From the human T2T-CHM13v2.0 reference genome, Homo sapiens, in the NCBI RefSeq assembly GCF_009914755.1, contig NC_060946.1: DNA of 64,000 nucleotides, one strand, 5' to 3'. Positions within the stretch are counted from its first letter, which is position 1. Every line of letters begins with the position of its first letter. Shown here one piece after another: positions 1 to 17,704 of this stretch. The position numbers and the translations under genes were made by a program. The notes under the pieces were generated by a model that saw only the letters and a program-made list of their open reading frames with translations, was not told where the DNA came from and ran no database searches.

Positions 1-119
1 AGACAACACACACACACACATCACATAGACCCACACAATATACATATACACACCATGCCAGACAACACACACACCCCATGCCACACAGACATCACACAAT
101 GCACACACCATGCCACACA
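1..119. repeat. Degenerate (CA)n-rich low-complexity tract
   Basis: Runs of cacacac interrupted by at/ag/cat; runs off the left edge of the window. Confidence 0.85.
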
Positions 120-3100
120 GACTCCTGCTCACCTGTGACCTGTCCTAGCCCCTCAGGACCCACCTCTGCCCTCTCCACCTCTCCCCTGGTGCTGGCGTCC
201 CATGGTGGTAACAATGCACGACCCTGTGCCCAGCCCCGCCCCTCCAGCACTGTCCTTCCTGGTCAGCAGCAACACCACGTGTCTCTTGGTTCAGACCCTC
301 GAGTTGTCCTCGTCCTCAGTGTGCCCCTCCAACATCCAATTCCTCTGTGGCTCCTGCCTGCACTACCTCCAAAATACTGCCTTGTGTCCCCCCACTGCCT
401 GGGGCACAGTGATGGCCTCCCCCCGGGCCTCCCTGCCTCCATTCCTGCTGGTTGGCTGCTGTGAGCTGTGTGGTAGTGGCCTCTCACCAAAACCCCCACC
501 TGACCAAGTCCCCGTGCTTCGCTGGCTCCATGTTTCCCTTAAACGAACGGAACCACTCTCCCATCTCGACAACCCTGCAGACTGGAGTCCCGAAGCTCCC
601 TCCCTCTTGGATGCTGTCAACGGTGAGATGTCCCAGGGATTGAATCATGGCTTTGGGGAGGACGTCAGCGGCACTCCAGTAAGCGTACACACTGATCGGG
701 GGACACATCTGGGCTTGAGGCCCTGAAGGGTGACAAGGACATGTCCCTTAGAAACAAGTGACAACAGTATTGGTCAGAGTCCAGGCAGGGACACAGCAGC
801 CATGGCTTCATGGAATAGGGCATTTATGATAAGGACTTGAGTTTCCACACTTGTAGGAGGAGCTGGGCAGTGAAGGTCCAGAAGGGACCGTGGAGGCTCA
901 GAGAAGGGACGCTCCGCAGTGCTGGGCAGGGAGAGAGCGGGGCCAGCTCGCATGGAGGCTGAAGCCAGGCCCATCCTGCCTCCAAGAGATCACAGGGAGG
1001 GTCACAGGGTCTGCCAGCCTAGGGTAGGTGGTCGGGAAGGAGAGCCAGACACAGATGGAAAACCCAAGGACACTGGGAGCCCTGGGACACCCCTGCAGCT
1101 GTGCTTCTCTGGCTCTGCCCAGTGAGACCACCAGCACCAGTGACAGCCGCTTCCGCCTCCCACGTCTCAGACAGCTCAAGCCAGCTCACCGGGAAGCAGA
1201 TCCTGGGATACAACGAGCCCAGAGCAACCAGGCTGGCAACAGAACCACCTAGCACAGTATCTCCTCCTTCTTGTCTGGCTAGAGAAGCTGTGAGTAAGCC
1301 CTGAGCAACCTCAAATGAGGGGTAAGTGAAGGAGGCACGCTTGGCAGGGACCTCTTTCCACACACAGAGTGGACAGAGACAAGAAAAGAGGATAGACTTT
1401 GGGGGTTCTTCCTAGGAGCGGAGTACGGAGCTAGGCCCTCCCCACATCCCCTCTGATTTCATCCCCTTGCCAGGTGGAGCTCATTTGCTCTCTGTGCCTA
1501 CATCCACATGGCAGCCCAGAGAGGTGATGCAACTTGCCCAAGGACACACAGCTGGGCAGCACGGAGTCCGGTCCAAGCCCAGCCCAGGCGGCCCCAGAGC
1601 CCATTGTTCCTGCCTGCCCCCAGCTGCAGCACCCAGCGATTCCTGAAGCCGTAGGTCCCAGCACACAGGGTGTGACAGACTCAATCCCAGAGCTCACGGC
1701 TGAAGGGGTCAGGTGACAAGTCCCCCTCTCCCCCAGCACCCTCTGGGACCCCTTAGAAGCTACAGGAAGTCCGAGCTGGACGGTGCTTAGGAGGAGCAGG
1801 GAGCGAGCATCCTCCAGCCCACGGGCAAGCCTCGGTTTCCATCATTGTCACGGGAGCCGAAATGCCCGTGTTGGGAGACGTCTGCAGTTCCAACAAGCAT
1901 CTATTCTTGGAAGCAGGTATTTTAGCAGTTAAGACCAGGGGTGAAATACTGGGTGAAATAAAGTAGAATCCATAGTCCTCCCTGACCCAGGACAAAGGAA
2001 ATAAATTCCTTATCCACTTGCCCCACCCTGCAGTGCCTGATCTGGGAGCTGGGCCCATTAAGGGTCACTGAACTAAATTGGTTTTTGGGAACATTACTGC
2101 CACCGGCCCAACCACACTCCTCTCTGTAGGATCTCGCGTCTTCCACATTACTCTTGCTGCAGCTCAGAGGGTGATTAAGTGGAATTCCTGTCAAATCAAC
2201 ATAAAGGAGCAGCCTCTGAGCTGGAGGCGTATTCACGAGCCCCCAGATTCACCTGGGCCTTTGTGGAAGCGTCTTTTTGTTAATTACTCACGCAAGCTGG
2301 CATCTTTGTTTGCACAGTAGTTGCTGCGTTAAGGCATTTTAATTAAGATTCCAAACTAAAGATTCCAAACTGGCTGGGTGGAGCCACGCGGGTCTCTTCC
2401 GGGGCAGGATTATAGGAGCCACCTCCCAGGAGGGGGCTTGTAAGATGCCCGCTGCAGGCAGCACGTCCCCAGAAACAGGTGTGCCATGTTGCCTGTTAGG
2501 AGCTTGGGCTCCTAATGGGAGCTGTTTCCTTTCTCCTGACAGCTGCACCCTGGGCCCAGAGACACAAAATCTCCATCTAAACTCCAAATAGCTGTGTTAG
2601 GTCTAGTTCATTCTAGAAGTGCCTCTTCAAAATGACTTTTCCAAAACCTTCCCTAAGGAATATTCACCCTTTGGCTGAAGACATTGATTTTTCCAAGCAA
2701 AGCCAGGGCAGGGTCAGAATGGATTTTCTACACATCACTGGACAGAGTTCCTTAAGGGCAGGGGCCTGGCCTTTTTTGTCTTTCTGTTCCCAGAACTTAA
2801 CACGCGGCATGGCCTACGGCCAGCCTTCAATAAATGCTTGCTGAATAAATGAGTAAATTAATCTTGTCTGGGCTGCATCCATACAATGAACACGGATTGT
2901 TCCAGAGAAAGAAAAGCAGGACAGGGCTGGAAGCTTTGCAAAGAGGATGCCTAAGACGTTTCCTTGGGGGGACTAAAGACCCAGATGTGTGGCACGGAGG
3001 TCAGATCAGTCTTTCGGCCTCCTCATCTGCTTTCTTTGCCTGGGGAAGGGCCAGGAGCTGCAAAGGGCTGATGAATTGGCCTCCCAGGACCACCTTGCCT

Positions 3101-3194
3101 CTTGTCCTGGCTATCATCGCCCTGGGTGCCTGTCTGTGGGTGTCCCTGGAAACATTAGGTTGCTGTTTTCCTGTGCACATAAGAAACACATTGG

Positions 3195-3480
3195 CTGTAA
3201 TCCCAGAACTCTGGGAGGCCAAGGCAGGCGGATTGCCTGGGCTTAGGAGTTCAGGACCAGCCTGGGCAACGTGGCAAAACTCTGTCTCTACTAAAAATAC
3301 AGAAAGTTAGCTGGGTGTGGTGACACAGGTCTGTAGTCCCAGCTACTCAGGAGGCTAATTCAAGAGAATTGCTTGAACCCCGGAGGTGGAGGTTGCAGTG
3401 AGCTGAGATCGCACCACGGCACTCCAGCCTGGGCAACAGAACAAGACTGTCTCCAAAAAGAAAAAAAAGAAAAGAAAAAA
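3195..3480 (+). mobile_element. Alu, slightly 5'-truncated, with TSD aagaaacacattggct
   Basis: Alu consensus from ctgtaatcccag to the A-rich tail; identical 16-bp flanks at 3181-3196 and ~3479-3494. Confidence 0.92.
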
Positions 3481-4288
3481 GAAACACATTGGCTTCCCAC
3501 AGTAGTGTTCACAGACCACTGGAGCAAGTGAGATTATGTGAGGAGATAAATACACTAGCATTTGAACACTTATGCACAGGGGCAAGCTGGTCAACATTTA
3601 ACAACCTGTTCTCCAGAGGGAGAAAACTCTGATTTGTAGCACGTGCTGTCAATTTCCCGAGCGTAAATACTGGTGCTGTCACTGAATCAAAGACAGGAAG
3701 AGATACAAGTAGTCACCACTTAATAAATTTCCACCATACAGACACAACAGATGCAAATAACCTTGCCAGCACAGATGATAGGTAAATGTAGCAAAAGAAC
3801 TAAGAAGTGATACATTTTGAGTATGTATTACCTCTGTTCAATACAATGTATTTAATTGCATGTTTATATAATTTGCAATAGTGGCTGTGTTTAACAACAG
3901 GCTCCCAAAATTCCTACAGCTTGAACTCTCTTGAGTCAGTGTGATGCAGCCCCATCTCATACTGGATATGTTTACTTGTTTTAATGCAAATTAGGAAAAA
4001 TACAACTCTTAAATCAGCGATGATATTGCTTAGAGCAAATCTGAGTTTTCTACAAATTTGACTTGATTTCAAGTCAGTTAAAAATGTATTAAGTAAACAG
4101 AATGAGGGATGTACACAGACAAGAACACCAAGGAACTGAAACGTGGGGGATAAATGTTGCTTCATGAAAATGGCTTCAAACCTCAACTGTCCTGGGGGTG
4201 GAGTAAAATAAATGGGCAACTCACGAGAGGAAATACAGTTAACAAATGAAAGTGGTTTATCTCAAAAACCATCAAAGAAATGCAAACA

Positions 4289-4590
4289 GGCTGGACGCGG
4301 TGCCTCACGCCTGTAGTTCTAGCACTTTGGGAGGCCGAGGCAGGTGGATTGCTTGAGGTCAGGAGTTCGGAGACCAGCCTGGCTGACACAGTGAACCTCC
4401 CCCACCACCCACCCTGTCTCCACTAAAAATACAAAAATTAGCCAGGCGTGGTGGTGGGCGCCTGTAATGCCAGCTACTCGGGAAGCCAAGAAAGGAGAAT
4501 CACTTGAACCTGGGAGGCAGAGAGAGGCTGTAGTGAGCCAAGATCACACCACTGCACTCCAGCCTGGGCGACAGAATGAGACTCCATCTC
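4289..4590 (+). mobile_element. AluS-type, poly(A) tail essentially lost; TSD aagaaatgcaaac
   Basis: Full dimeric Alu body with a C-rich insertion near 4397-4413; the TSD follows ccatctc directly. Confidence 0.9.
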
Positions 4591-7539
4591 AAGAAATGCA
4601 AACTGTATAGAAATGGGGGCACCCCATACTGGAGAGGGTGCCCCGAATCCAGTGCCCTCAAAAGCTGCCTCACTCCACCAGCCCTTTGGGAATGAGGCTG
4701 GTGCTGAAATCGAGACCCATAAAACTGTCACCCCCTTGGACTCAGGAATCTCCCTGCCTGGCATCTATCCAGAGGAAATCATTCCAGAAAAGGAAAGGCC
4801 ACAAACTCACAAAGGTGTCTGCTGTTTTCTGGAGTATGTCTCCTCCTCCTGCCCCCAGGAGAGCTGGGATTGGTGTTGTCATCGTATTACTAAAAAGATT
4901 ACATGCAGTATAAATGCCCCGCTGTAGGGAAATGACTGCATGAATCCCACACATGGAATCCGGACAACTCGGTGGCCGCTGAAATGGTATTTAGAAAGGT
5001 CAGGTAAAATCGCAGGGTCATCGCTGATTCAATAGGAGAATAAAATCAAGGCACATCATTAGAGACGCGCAAAAGCAGGTGTGCATTAGAAGGGAGAAAA
5101 ACGCAAAGCAGTCGTAGCTGCGTGTGAGTGGGATCCGTAGCGGCTTTTCTTTTCCTATTTTTTACTCTTCAAATAATGGTCGCAACAATCATCACAGTTA
5201 GCATTTCCTGAGGCATCTGCCACAGGCCGGGCTCTGTTCCAGTCCTTACAATCATCTCACAACCTAAAGGCTACTTGTGTCCATTGTACTGATGGGAACA
5301 CTGAGACTCAGGAGAGCTACTGGCTTACCTGCAGTTGCCCACTGGCCCGTAGACAGGGTCTGAACTCAGCTCTGATTCGAAGACTACGCAGCTCACCCCT
5401 CTGCGGGTTTGCTAGAGTAGAGTACAGCTAGGAGGTGTTCGACGTAAACTCATGAAAACTAAGCGTGGGTGTTGTGTTTTTACCTTCTGTTCCGCCGGGC
5501 CCTCCTCTTGTGGGGAGTGGTTTGCAGAGGGAGGTGGGGAGCCACCAGGTGGAAGAGATGAGTACACCTGCCGCCTCTGGAAAGATTCAAGGCTGCGAAA
5601 GACCTTCACAAATGGTGCAGGGGAAAAGACAAACCCCGAGAGCAAAACCAACCATGCACCCCAACAAAGACTGGCACCCTCACCTCGTTTAAACCCCTGC
5701 CTGGTAGCCCACGAAGGGGCCAATGGCAGATCAGAAGCCAGGCTGAGTTTCAGGAGGCTCCTGGACCCAGACCAGGACTTGTTTCACTGACACCTGCGGG
5801 CCAGATCTCAGGTGCTTTCGGGGACCCCCGAGGTTCTGCCCTGGGGATGGGTGAGACCTGCCTTGCACAGAGAACCCACAACCATAGGGCAGCTATGCAC
5901 CCAGCATAGAGTGGCATCATCTCAGGTTTAGCTCTCACAGGGAGAGAAGTAAAGGCAGAGAAGTTGCTCTTCCCAGTAGAAGGATGTCGGCTTTGGAGTT
6001 CACCAGACCTTAGTTCCAATTCCAGCTCAGCTGCTGTGCGTTTCCCAGGAATCTCTCTCCGAGCCTCGGTGTCTCCTTCATAAAATGAGGCTCGGGATGG
6101 CCAAGCTGCAGTGCAGCTGGGGAGGCTAAATGGCACAATTTGTTACAGCTGCTTAGCTCAGTGAGCCCTCAACAAATGGGAGCTACTGTTACTAACGGTA
6201 CTAATGCAGTTCATTGATCGGACACTGTCTAGGTGCCTTCTGTGCACAAGGCACTGGGCAGGAAGATTCATTCATGCAACATGGATGTACTGAGCACCTA
6301 CTATGTGCCAGGCACTGTTCTATATGCTGGGGTCACAGCTGAGCACAAGAAACACCAATCCCAACTCTCTTGGGGTTTCCATCCAGCAGAGGAGACAGGC
6401 ACAAAGCCACAAAGCAAACGTTATGTCAGGCGGCGACGCACGTGACAAGGCAGCTGAAGGAGGACAAAGGGAGAGTGACGGGAGTAGGTGGCTGCTTCTA
6501 TTTTGTAAACCTTGGTCAGAGAAGGCCCCTTTGATCGGGTGACCCTGAGCAGGGGCTGTGGAAGGGAGGCATGAGCCCTGCTGGTATCCCGGAGGGGAAA
6601 GGTCTGGTTGGAGGAACAGCAGCGGGGCTGGTGCGGCTGCAGCCAAGTGCCAGTGTCGGGAGATGAGGACAGAGGGACAGTGGGGTGGGGTGGGGTCAGA
6701 TCATGTTGTTGGCCAAGGAAAGCATTTTGATTCCTAAGTGCAAAGGAGACCATCGGCACGTCTTGACTTAATGTTTTTAAAAGATCACCCTGCCACTGTC
6801 GGGGACACAGGCTGGCATCAGGGAGACATGCGGAGGCGGCTGCCTCCATCCTGGCCAAAGACGACGGACAAGGAGGGCTGGTCTCAGTGGAGGGGTGGGT
6901 GCGGATGGATTCTGGCTTCATTTTCAAGGTATTGCTGATGGAACACGTGAAACAGGAAAGAAAGAGAGGAGCCAATGAGATGGTAGGAGGCAGCGGGGAC
7001 GTGGATGTGCCAGTCTCCCACGTCTATGGGGTATCCAAGAGCTGCTCTTGAGGACTCAGGCTCTGCAATGAACAGCTAGTCTGGATTCAAGGGAGAGAGA
7101 CCAGGGGAGAAAGACTGGGAGGTGGACAGGATTGGAGCTGTGGGTCTGGGTGGGGGTCCCCAGGGGGTGGGTGGAGATGAGAGAGAAGTTAAAGGGAAGA
7201 GCCCTGGTCTCTAAGATCAGGGAGATGAGGATGGAGCCGCAAAGAGGAGCAAGAAGGGCGGCCGTGAGGGGCCAGGAGCCTGTGGGGCAGAGGACCCAGG
7301 GCTCCCCAGTTCCCCTCAGCCCCTCCCTCCTCCGAGGCTCTGCCTATGCTGCCCTCTCTGCCGGGATGACCTTTCCCCACTTTGGTGAACTCCTAGCTAC
7401 TCATCCACTGAAACTCTTTGTGTTGGCTCCTCCTCCCCTGGCTGACCAGTGCTTAGTCCAGTGGACCGTGAATCCTGGGACAGCAGAGCACTGTCTTCAA
7501 CAGAGCCGTGAACAGCGGGGAAGGCTCACGGACGTGACG

Positions 7540-8030
7540 CCGGAGAGCATCCTTCAAAACCTACCAAATGCTTCTTGCCACAACTGAGTAATTCTGAAGT
7601 CCTATCCGTGGCCTAAATGGCCCCTTATGTTCTGCCCCTGCCAACCTCTTCATTTCCTACACTTCTTCTGCTAATGCACTCTGCCTAACGCTGCCTTTCT
7701 TGCTGTTCTCCAAATACACCCAGCGTGTTTTCAACTCATGCCCTTTTTACATTTCACTCCCTCCACCTGAGTGAACCATGAAACTATGTGAGTAAAGAGC
7801 ATATTCAGGTCTCTGCTTAAATTGCCTCTCGTTAGAGAGATCTCCCTGGATCGCTTCATTTTCTCCCCGACATTTAACACTACTTGAAATTTTATTGTTA
7901 TTACAAAAGCATTTTATTTTCTTTGTCTCCCCAGGCAGACCGTAAGCTCTGTTCACCAATGTATCACCAGTGGCTAGTACAGTCCCTGGTATATGATACA
8001 AACTCAAACCCTATGTGCTAAATAAATGGT
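7540..8030. mobile_element. Ancient L2-like fragment
   Basis: Typical decayed L2 motifs (ctttcttgctgttctccaaa, ctctgcttaaattgcctctc, agtggctagtacagtccctgg); boundaries approximate. Confidence 0.55.
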
Positions 8031-11000
8031 AGCAGGAATTAGCATAAAATAAAACTGAAAATGGCTAATGCTACACAAATGGCTAATGCTACACATTATA
8101 ACTAAAACATGAAGTTTGCTTTAGATGTAAGAACTGACTTGAGAACCTCTTCCTTTTGATTTCAAAGAACACAAAAAAATTTGACCCAGGAAAAATTAGA
8201 CCTGGTAGAAACAACACCAAGTAACATTGTAGAAGCCTAAAACCACACAGAATAAAATCTGTAACTAATAATGATGGAAGAAGCAAATCTTGACAATAAT
8301 CAAGATTTGTAATAACTAATCTATGTGAATGAGACCTGGTAGATATAACTATAGAGAGAAAAAAACCACTAGCAGGAGCTGAAATCCACAGACTTTAAGA
8401 CAAACAAAAACAACCCAAAATTTCTTTGTGAAAGTTAATAATCTTAATAAATTAAAAATCAAAATAGAAGTACTTAGAATTTACTTCTACTTCATATAAA
8501 ATTAATTTAAAAATTAAGCTTATTTAAGCAATACTTAGAAGTAATTTACTTCTACTTCATATGAAATTAATTTAAAATTAAGCTTATTTAATAGTGTCCA
8601 CTGGAAAATACTTTCCCAATAAAAGTTATTCAATATTATAATAATTCTGATTCAAATCTGGATTCCCAAACATGCCAGCTAACATTCTGGAGAGGAAAAC
8701 ACCCATCAGAACAAAATGGCATATTCAAAATTAGAGTCAAAAAATATTCACTTCAATTAATACAGAGCATGAGAAAACTAGCTTTTTGGCTGCTAGATCA
8801 CATTGTTGACAACTGCTATTTCCAAGTTTTGTCTTTTTTCCCCCAATCCCTGCCATGTAGCCATGGCTCCTGTACAGTTGAGTATTTAATCAAACACAGA
8901 ACTGAAAAAATCATCCCTTTCAGATCTTACATGGTTGGTTGTTGAATACTTCTGTAATCCTAAAACTTGTTTGTCTTTCTCAGCGGCCTTCTAATACTCT
9001 CTCATGCTTTGCTGCATTCTGAAGGTGACAAAGGTCTTTATGACCATGTCATCTCAAACTGTGAAATAAACTGGTCACAACTGTGACACTTTTGGCAGGT
9101 GGTTTCACACCCCCACACCTTCCTTTTTCCTAACCATCTTCCAGTTTAGAATGAATGTGTGCCACGGTGTGTTCTGGCCATAGAGACATAGTCAGAAATC
9201 TGCTAGATGGGGCCTTTGGGGAAGACACTGCTAACCTGACAGAAAAGGACAATCAGCTGACATATCTCCTTGCCTTTTTCCTCCTTAGTCCTTTTCCCTT
9301 GTTCCTATCTGGATGGCAGATGAGATATGATGGCAGATGGAGGCATGATGAGAAAAACAACACGGTAAAAGCAACACTCTAAGAATCTTCCATTTTAAGA
9401 AATGGAGAAAAGTAGGGTTGCTGATGGCATCACAGAGTTGTCGGCTGCCAACCTCCAGACTCTATGCTACATGAAAACATAAATCTCTATTTCTCTTAGC
9501 TACTGTTAGTTAGATTTTCATTGCTTACATCCATAAGCAGTCTTAACGGATAAACTATCAGCTAATCTTCATGCATAGCTACTACATTTTTGTGGTCTCT
9601 ACCCAAACTTTTCAAGGCTCTGTTGATGAACCCAATTATCAAGTCTGAGGCAGCACTAGATAAATTATCAATTAGAAAAGCACATTTTAAGTCATGCAAA
9701 ATAAAACAATGCTAATACAACTTTTCTACTTCACCTTTGTTCAATACACATTTTAAGGAGTGAGTCAGAAGAGAAGCAGAATCATTCCACTGGTTTGTTA
9801 TATTGAACTCATCCCTGGCATTATAGATCTAATAAGTAAGTCTTTAGTGTATATCTCCACCCACATCTTAACCTGTAGGCTTCGAACAGTTGTAAGAAAA
9901 TGCTTAGCAACATAAATAATGAGACTGTAAAAATGTGAACAGAAAGGAGAGATGATATCAGTGATATTTGTAAGCGCTATGGCAGTGAGGGTGGATAGAA
10001 TTCAGCTTGTGTGATAGATTAAAGAAAACAGGATGAGAAGGCTAGTTTTCAATAGGAAGAAAAGACATCGCTGGGTTCAACGTGTGACATTGGATGAGTC
10101 AGTGTGATATCCACAAAGAAATGTCAGGTTTAAAGGTCAAAAGAGACCTTTCTGAGCCACATTTGCCTCAGTTCACACCTGCTGTGTTTTGTTTTTCATT
10201 GCACTAGTTTCCAGATAGCATTACTGTAGACACACACAAATATAAGAATACATACGCACATATACTTTGATGAGCCTTCTATTTCTCATTCCACATGTCC
10301 CCAGCTCTTATTTAAACCTTAATTAAAATCCCTTCTAAAAATCTTATTCACTAACAAAGATGCAGGAAAGTACATGTTTTTATGTACACGTACATAAAGT
10401 TTTTATTGCATCTAAGTAACTGTCTCTTATGCGATATTGACAAGACATAAATGCTTTCAATATTAAATCCATGTAAATATCCTGCAAAAATATATTAAAA
10501 CTAGAAATGAGATTTTCAGTATTCTTTTTGTAGCGATTGGCAGATTTTAATATTCAAGAAAAATTAATTTCATCATACACATTAAAAATATAGGAAATTT
10601 CATGCAGACATGAAGCTTCCAATTCAGCTTTTATGGCAACTTTTAGAATGACAGTTACATATAAATACAGTATATTTTACAGTTAACAAACTTCATAATT
10701 TTATATTGAGATTCATACAGCTTCTCCTTATATTGTACACATTCCCCACCTTGCTCACTGATTAGCGTACCCTGTATCTGCACTGCTTCAGAATACGGAA
10801 ATTAAAGAAAAAAACCCACAAGAACAATGGACTATCTCCTCCCATTTCACAAAGTATATGAAAATGTTTGTGTATACAGCTAATTTAAGAAAAACATTTT
10901 AAACTTTAAGGCTTACATACTTTAGTAGCTAGGACTAAAATTAATACAAAATTAAAGAAATCCTCCAGGGATACTTCTATTACTGACTGATAACCACATT

Positions 11001-12235
11001 TTCAAGTTTAGAATGTATTAACTGCAAAAGCTGTAAGAAAAAAAGTGAGGCAAATTTGTATAGAACATTTAAAAAACAATATTCATGATATGAGGGATAA
11101 ATTAACAAATGAAGTAACCGATTTCAGAATTAACTAAAACATGTGCTACAATTTAGAAATGTAACATTATTAAAGAAAACCTGATAGAAAAAGATTAATT
11201 AATAAAGCCAACCCACCAGTGTCAACGTGTTTTTGCCTGTGAGAAAAACAAAGATCATTTCTTTTGATACAAGTTGTAAAAAAGTGAATGTTAGTCAGTG
11301 AATAAAAAGCACATCTAAGCCATTCAGAAAACATCATGCATTCCTTTCTGTTCAATTGATTTCTTAAAAATACGTAGTTTGCAAGTTTTTTTCTTTAAAA
11401 ACAATAATTTGAGTCTTTTCTTCCTTGCCACTAAATTCAAGCATTCATGTAAATAAGAATTCCCACCAAATGAACATCTGCTAAGTAATGAGGGACATGA
11501 AAAAGAGAAATCTTAAAAAAATAAAAACAAACACAAAAACAGGTTACAGACTTCCCAGTTTTGACATGTCAAATTAACTGCATCAAACTCTCTATTGCAT
11601 AATGAGAGTAAAGGGCACAAAAGTCCCATCACTGTACACAGAAAAGGTCCCCCCAACTAGTAAGATGCCAAATAGGGTAGTGAGTCCCCAGCCTAAGTGA
11701 CAACAAAGGTCTAAAGATTTACAAGTAAGTTTTCCTGTTAAAACATGACATTTATGCGACCAGCATGTTACTGAGATTAAATCCGTCTAATTTAAATTGC
11801 CACAGAGGTTATTTAAAGCAATCACAATCATCTGTGAAAATATTCAACAAGAGTTCTTCCTTTTCTCCAAGAAAAGGCTAAAACATTAGTCATCTCTACT
11901 TTCCAAGCTACTGGAAACAGAATAACATACATTAAAAAATACAAAGGAAAACTCCCTCCAATACAGATCTGCTAGAGGTAGAAATTTAAAGCAGGATATA
12001 CTGTTTAAGCTCCATCTATCAGGGAACAAAATTGGTATTAATCTGAAATTACATGATGGCTGCGGCTTACAATACTGAAGACACAGACCATAGGCAGCAA
12101 TTTATCCCTGAATTTCATAATCAATATTGCCAACATTAATACCATTATGACAGTTTTTCCTAGTACATAATTGTTTTAATGAAAAAAGTGCTTGCTTTCA
12201 TAATCCAGATAATCTAAAGAAAAGATATTATTGTC

Positions 12236-13798
<1,563 letters not shown>

Positions 13799-14414
13799 TG
13801 AACTCATAACTATAAAATTACCCACAAAAAAAAAATCAATGCCTATTAAAAAACGGTTCAATTTAAAGAACAGAATTCCAGTTCTCAGCTCCAACACTGA
13901 TCAGCTTCGACAAATCTGTTCCCCTCTCTGGACCTTGTTTTTTGGATACTTCACATGGGGATAATAACAGCATTGATGGCTGGGTTGTGGTGAGAATTAA
14001 GGAAGAGAGTCTGCATAGTAAATCCTCCATAAACATGGGCTTCTGTGACTTAGGGTGAGCTCCTGGAGGACAGGGAGGTGTCCCGTTTTTTCCAGGACAC
14101 CTCCAGGGCCCCACCCCAGGACTTCGCTCTGTGCCAGACACGCAGTAGAAACACAGATTGCTGAAGGAACTGAGTCTCCATTTCTGTGGCTACTGGCCAA
14201 AGACCCAGAGAGCCAAGGCAGGCTTCCAGAATGCCCTCCCCACCCAGGCCAACTCTCCTGTGTGTATCCATCTCATTTCCTGGGTAGGTGAGGGCAGAGC
14301 AGCAGCCCAGGCCTGGCCTTCTGTGCTGAGTCTGGTGGGGGCCAGCAGCAGCTGCTCCTCCAGGGGAGTGCCTCCCAGTGGAGGCCAGGAAGGAGGGGAG
14401 AGCTGGGGGTGGTG

Positions 14415-16160
<1,746 letters not shown>

Positions 16161-17340
16161 AAACTTAATACTGCCCCCATTGTAAAGATGGATACGCGGA
16201 AGTGCCACGCAGTTTAAAAATTCATGTACACATACAGTTAGGCTCCAAAGCTCACTCAACCATCCTGCAAAAGTCTGCTAACACTACGCCCAGTCACTGA
16301 TGCACTTGGTATGGTAGCTCATGGCCCCCTTAGAGCTTAGAACCTGGGTTTCATGTCCTCATCTACAGCTATATAATTTAACAATTTTCCTCTGAATTTG
16401 TTGGCTTCTACCCCTATATATCTCAAATTGTATTAATATTACTCAATCTTAAAGGAGACTGTGATGCCTTTAGTCTGTAGAAACATTAATCTGTAAACAA
16501 ATGACTACATGAGGTTAACGGTATTCAAATTTTTTCTATATGCTTTAAAACACTAAGGCTATGTATTGAGAAACACACCTAAGAAACTGCAACCGATCTA
16601 CTCTGGACAAAAATTTAGACACGTCTTCAAAATAAGCTATATAGTGGTACTTAGGCATATTTTTACACATATCAACAGTATTTTACATATTCATGACCTT
16701 AAAAATAATTTTAAAAGTGTAAAAATTATAGACCTTATATATTTGTTGGCTTGAAAAAAATGATACAATATATATTGTTTCCTTAAAGCAGTCAATACAA
16801 TGCATAAATTTCTAGAGAAATCAGTAAAAAAAAAAAAAGTTCATAACAAAGGTAGTAACATTAGGAATAAAAGAGGGCTCAACACTGCAGGTTCTTAAAG
16901 GCAAAAGTTAGTGAAGCATTGTTTTTGGTTGTGAATCTTGCCCTAAAAACATTATAATTCCACATGATCCTCCCCTTCCTTTTCCTGTTGCAAAGATGTG
17001 ATGAACCAAATTTGCTTATGCAGATGACAATACTCTCAGAAAATGGTGGCAGAGAAATAAAATGAAGGGAATATGGTTCTCTTAATGATCTCATACACTG
17101 GAACTTATTACCTCCATGCCTCTTGCCTATCTCCAGACTAATATGGGAGAGAGAGAAAATGGCTGTTTGCAACCAATATTTTATTTGACGCTTCATTTTT
17201 TGATTCCCCAAATAACTACTTACAACGAATTAACAGGATATGAAAGCACAGCTACTCAAGAATCTAAATAATTATCCAACTGATTTTTTCCTCATCTCTA
17301 AAACAATAACGGACCGATCATTTTTAAAATACAACACACT

Positions 17341-17616
17341 GGGCCGGCGAGGTGGCTCACGCCTGTAATCCAAGCACTCTGAGAGGCTGAGATGGGAAGA
17401 TCACAAGGTCAGGAGTTCGATACCAGCCTGGCCAACATGGCGAAACCCCATCTCTACTAAAAATACAAAAATTAGCCGGGCACAGCAGTATTCGCTTGTA
17501 ATCCCAGCTACTCAAGAGGCTGAGGCAGGAGAATTGCTTGAACCTGGGAGACAGAGGTTGCAATGAGCAGAGATCACCACTGCACTCCAGCCTGGGCAAC
17601 AGAGCAAGATTCCGTC
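17341..17616 (+). mobile_element. Alu whose tail is replaced by a G-rich tract
   Basis: Alu body ends ...gcaagattccgtc and runs straight into G-runs. Confidence 0.9.
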
Positions 17617-17704
17617 GGGGCGGGGGTGGGGGGCGTGGGGGGAGGGTGGGGGGGGTAGGGGGAGGGTGGGGGGGTGGGGGGAGGGTGGGGGGGTGGGCGG
17701 GTGG
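17617..17704 (+). repeat. G-rich simple repeat with strong G-quadruplex potential
   Basis: More than 10 runs of G3-G8 separated by 1-3 nt. Confidence 0.9.

Noticed and set aside
78-7587. Numerous 60-180 aa ORFs in the GC-rich left end
   Set aside because: No recognisable domains; the density is as expected for GC-rich non-coding DNA.
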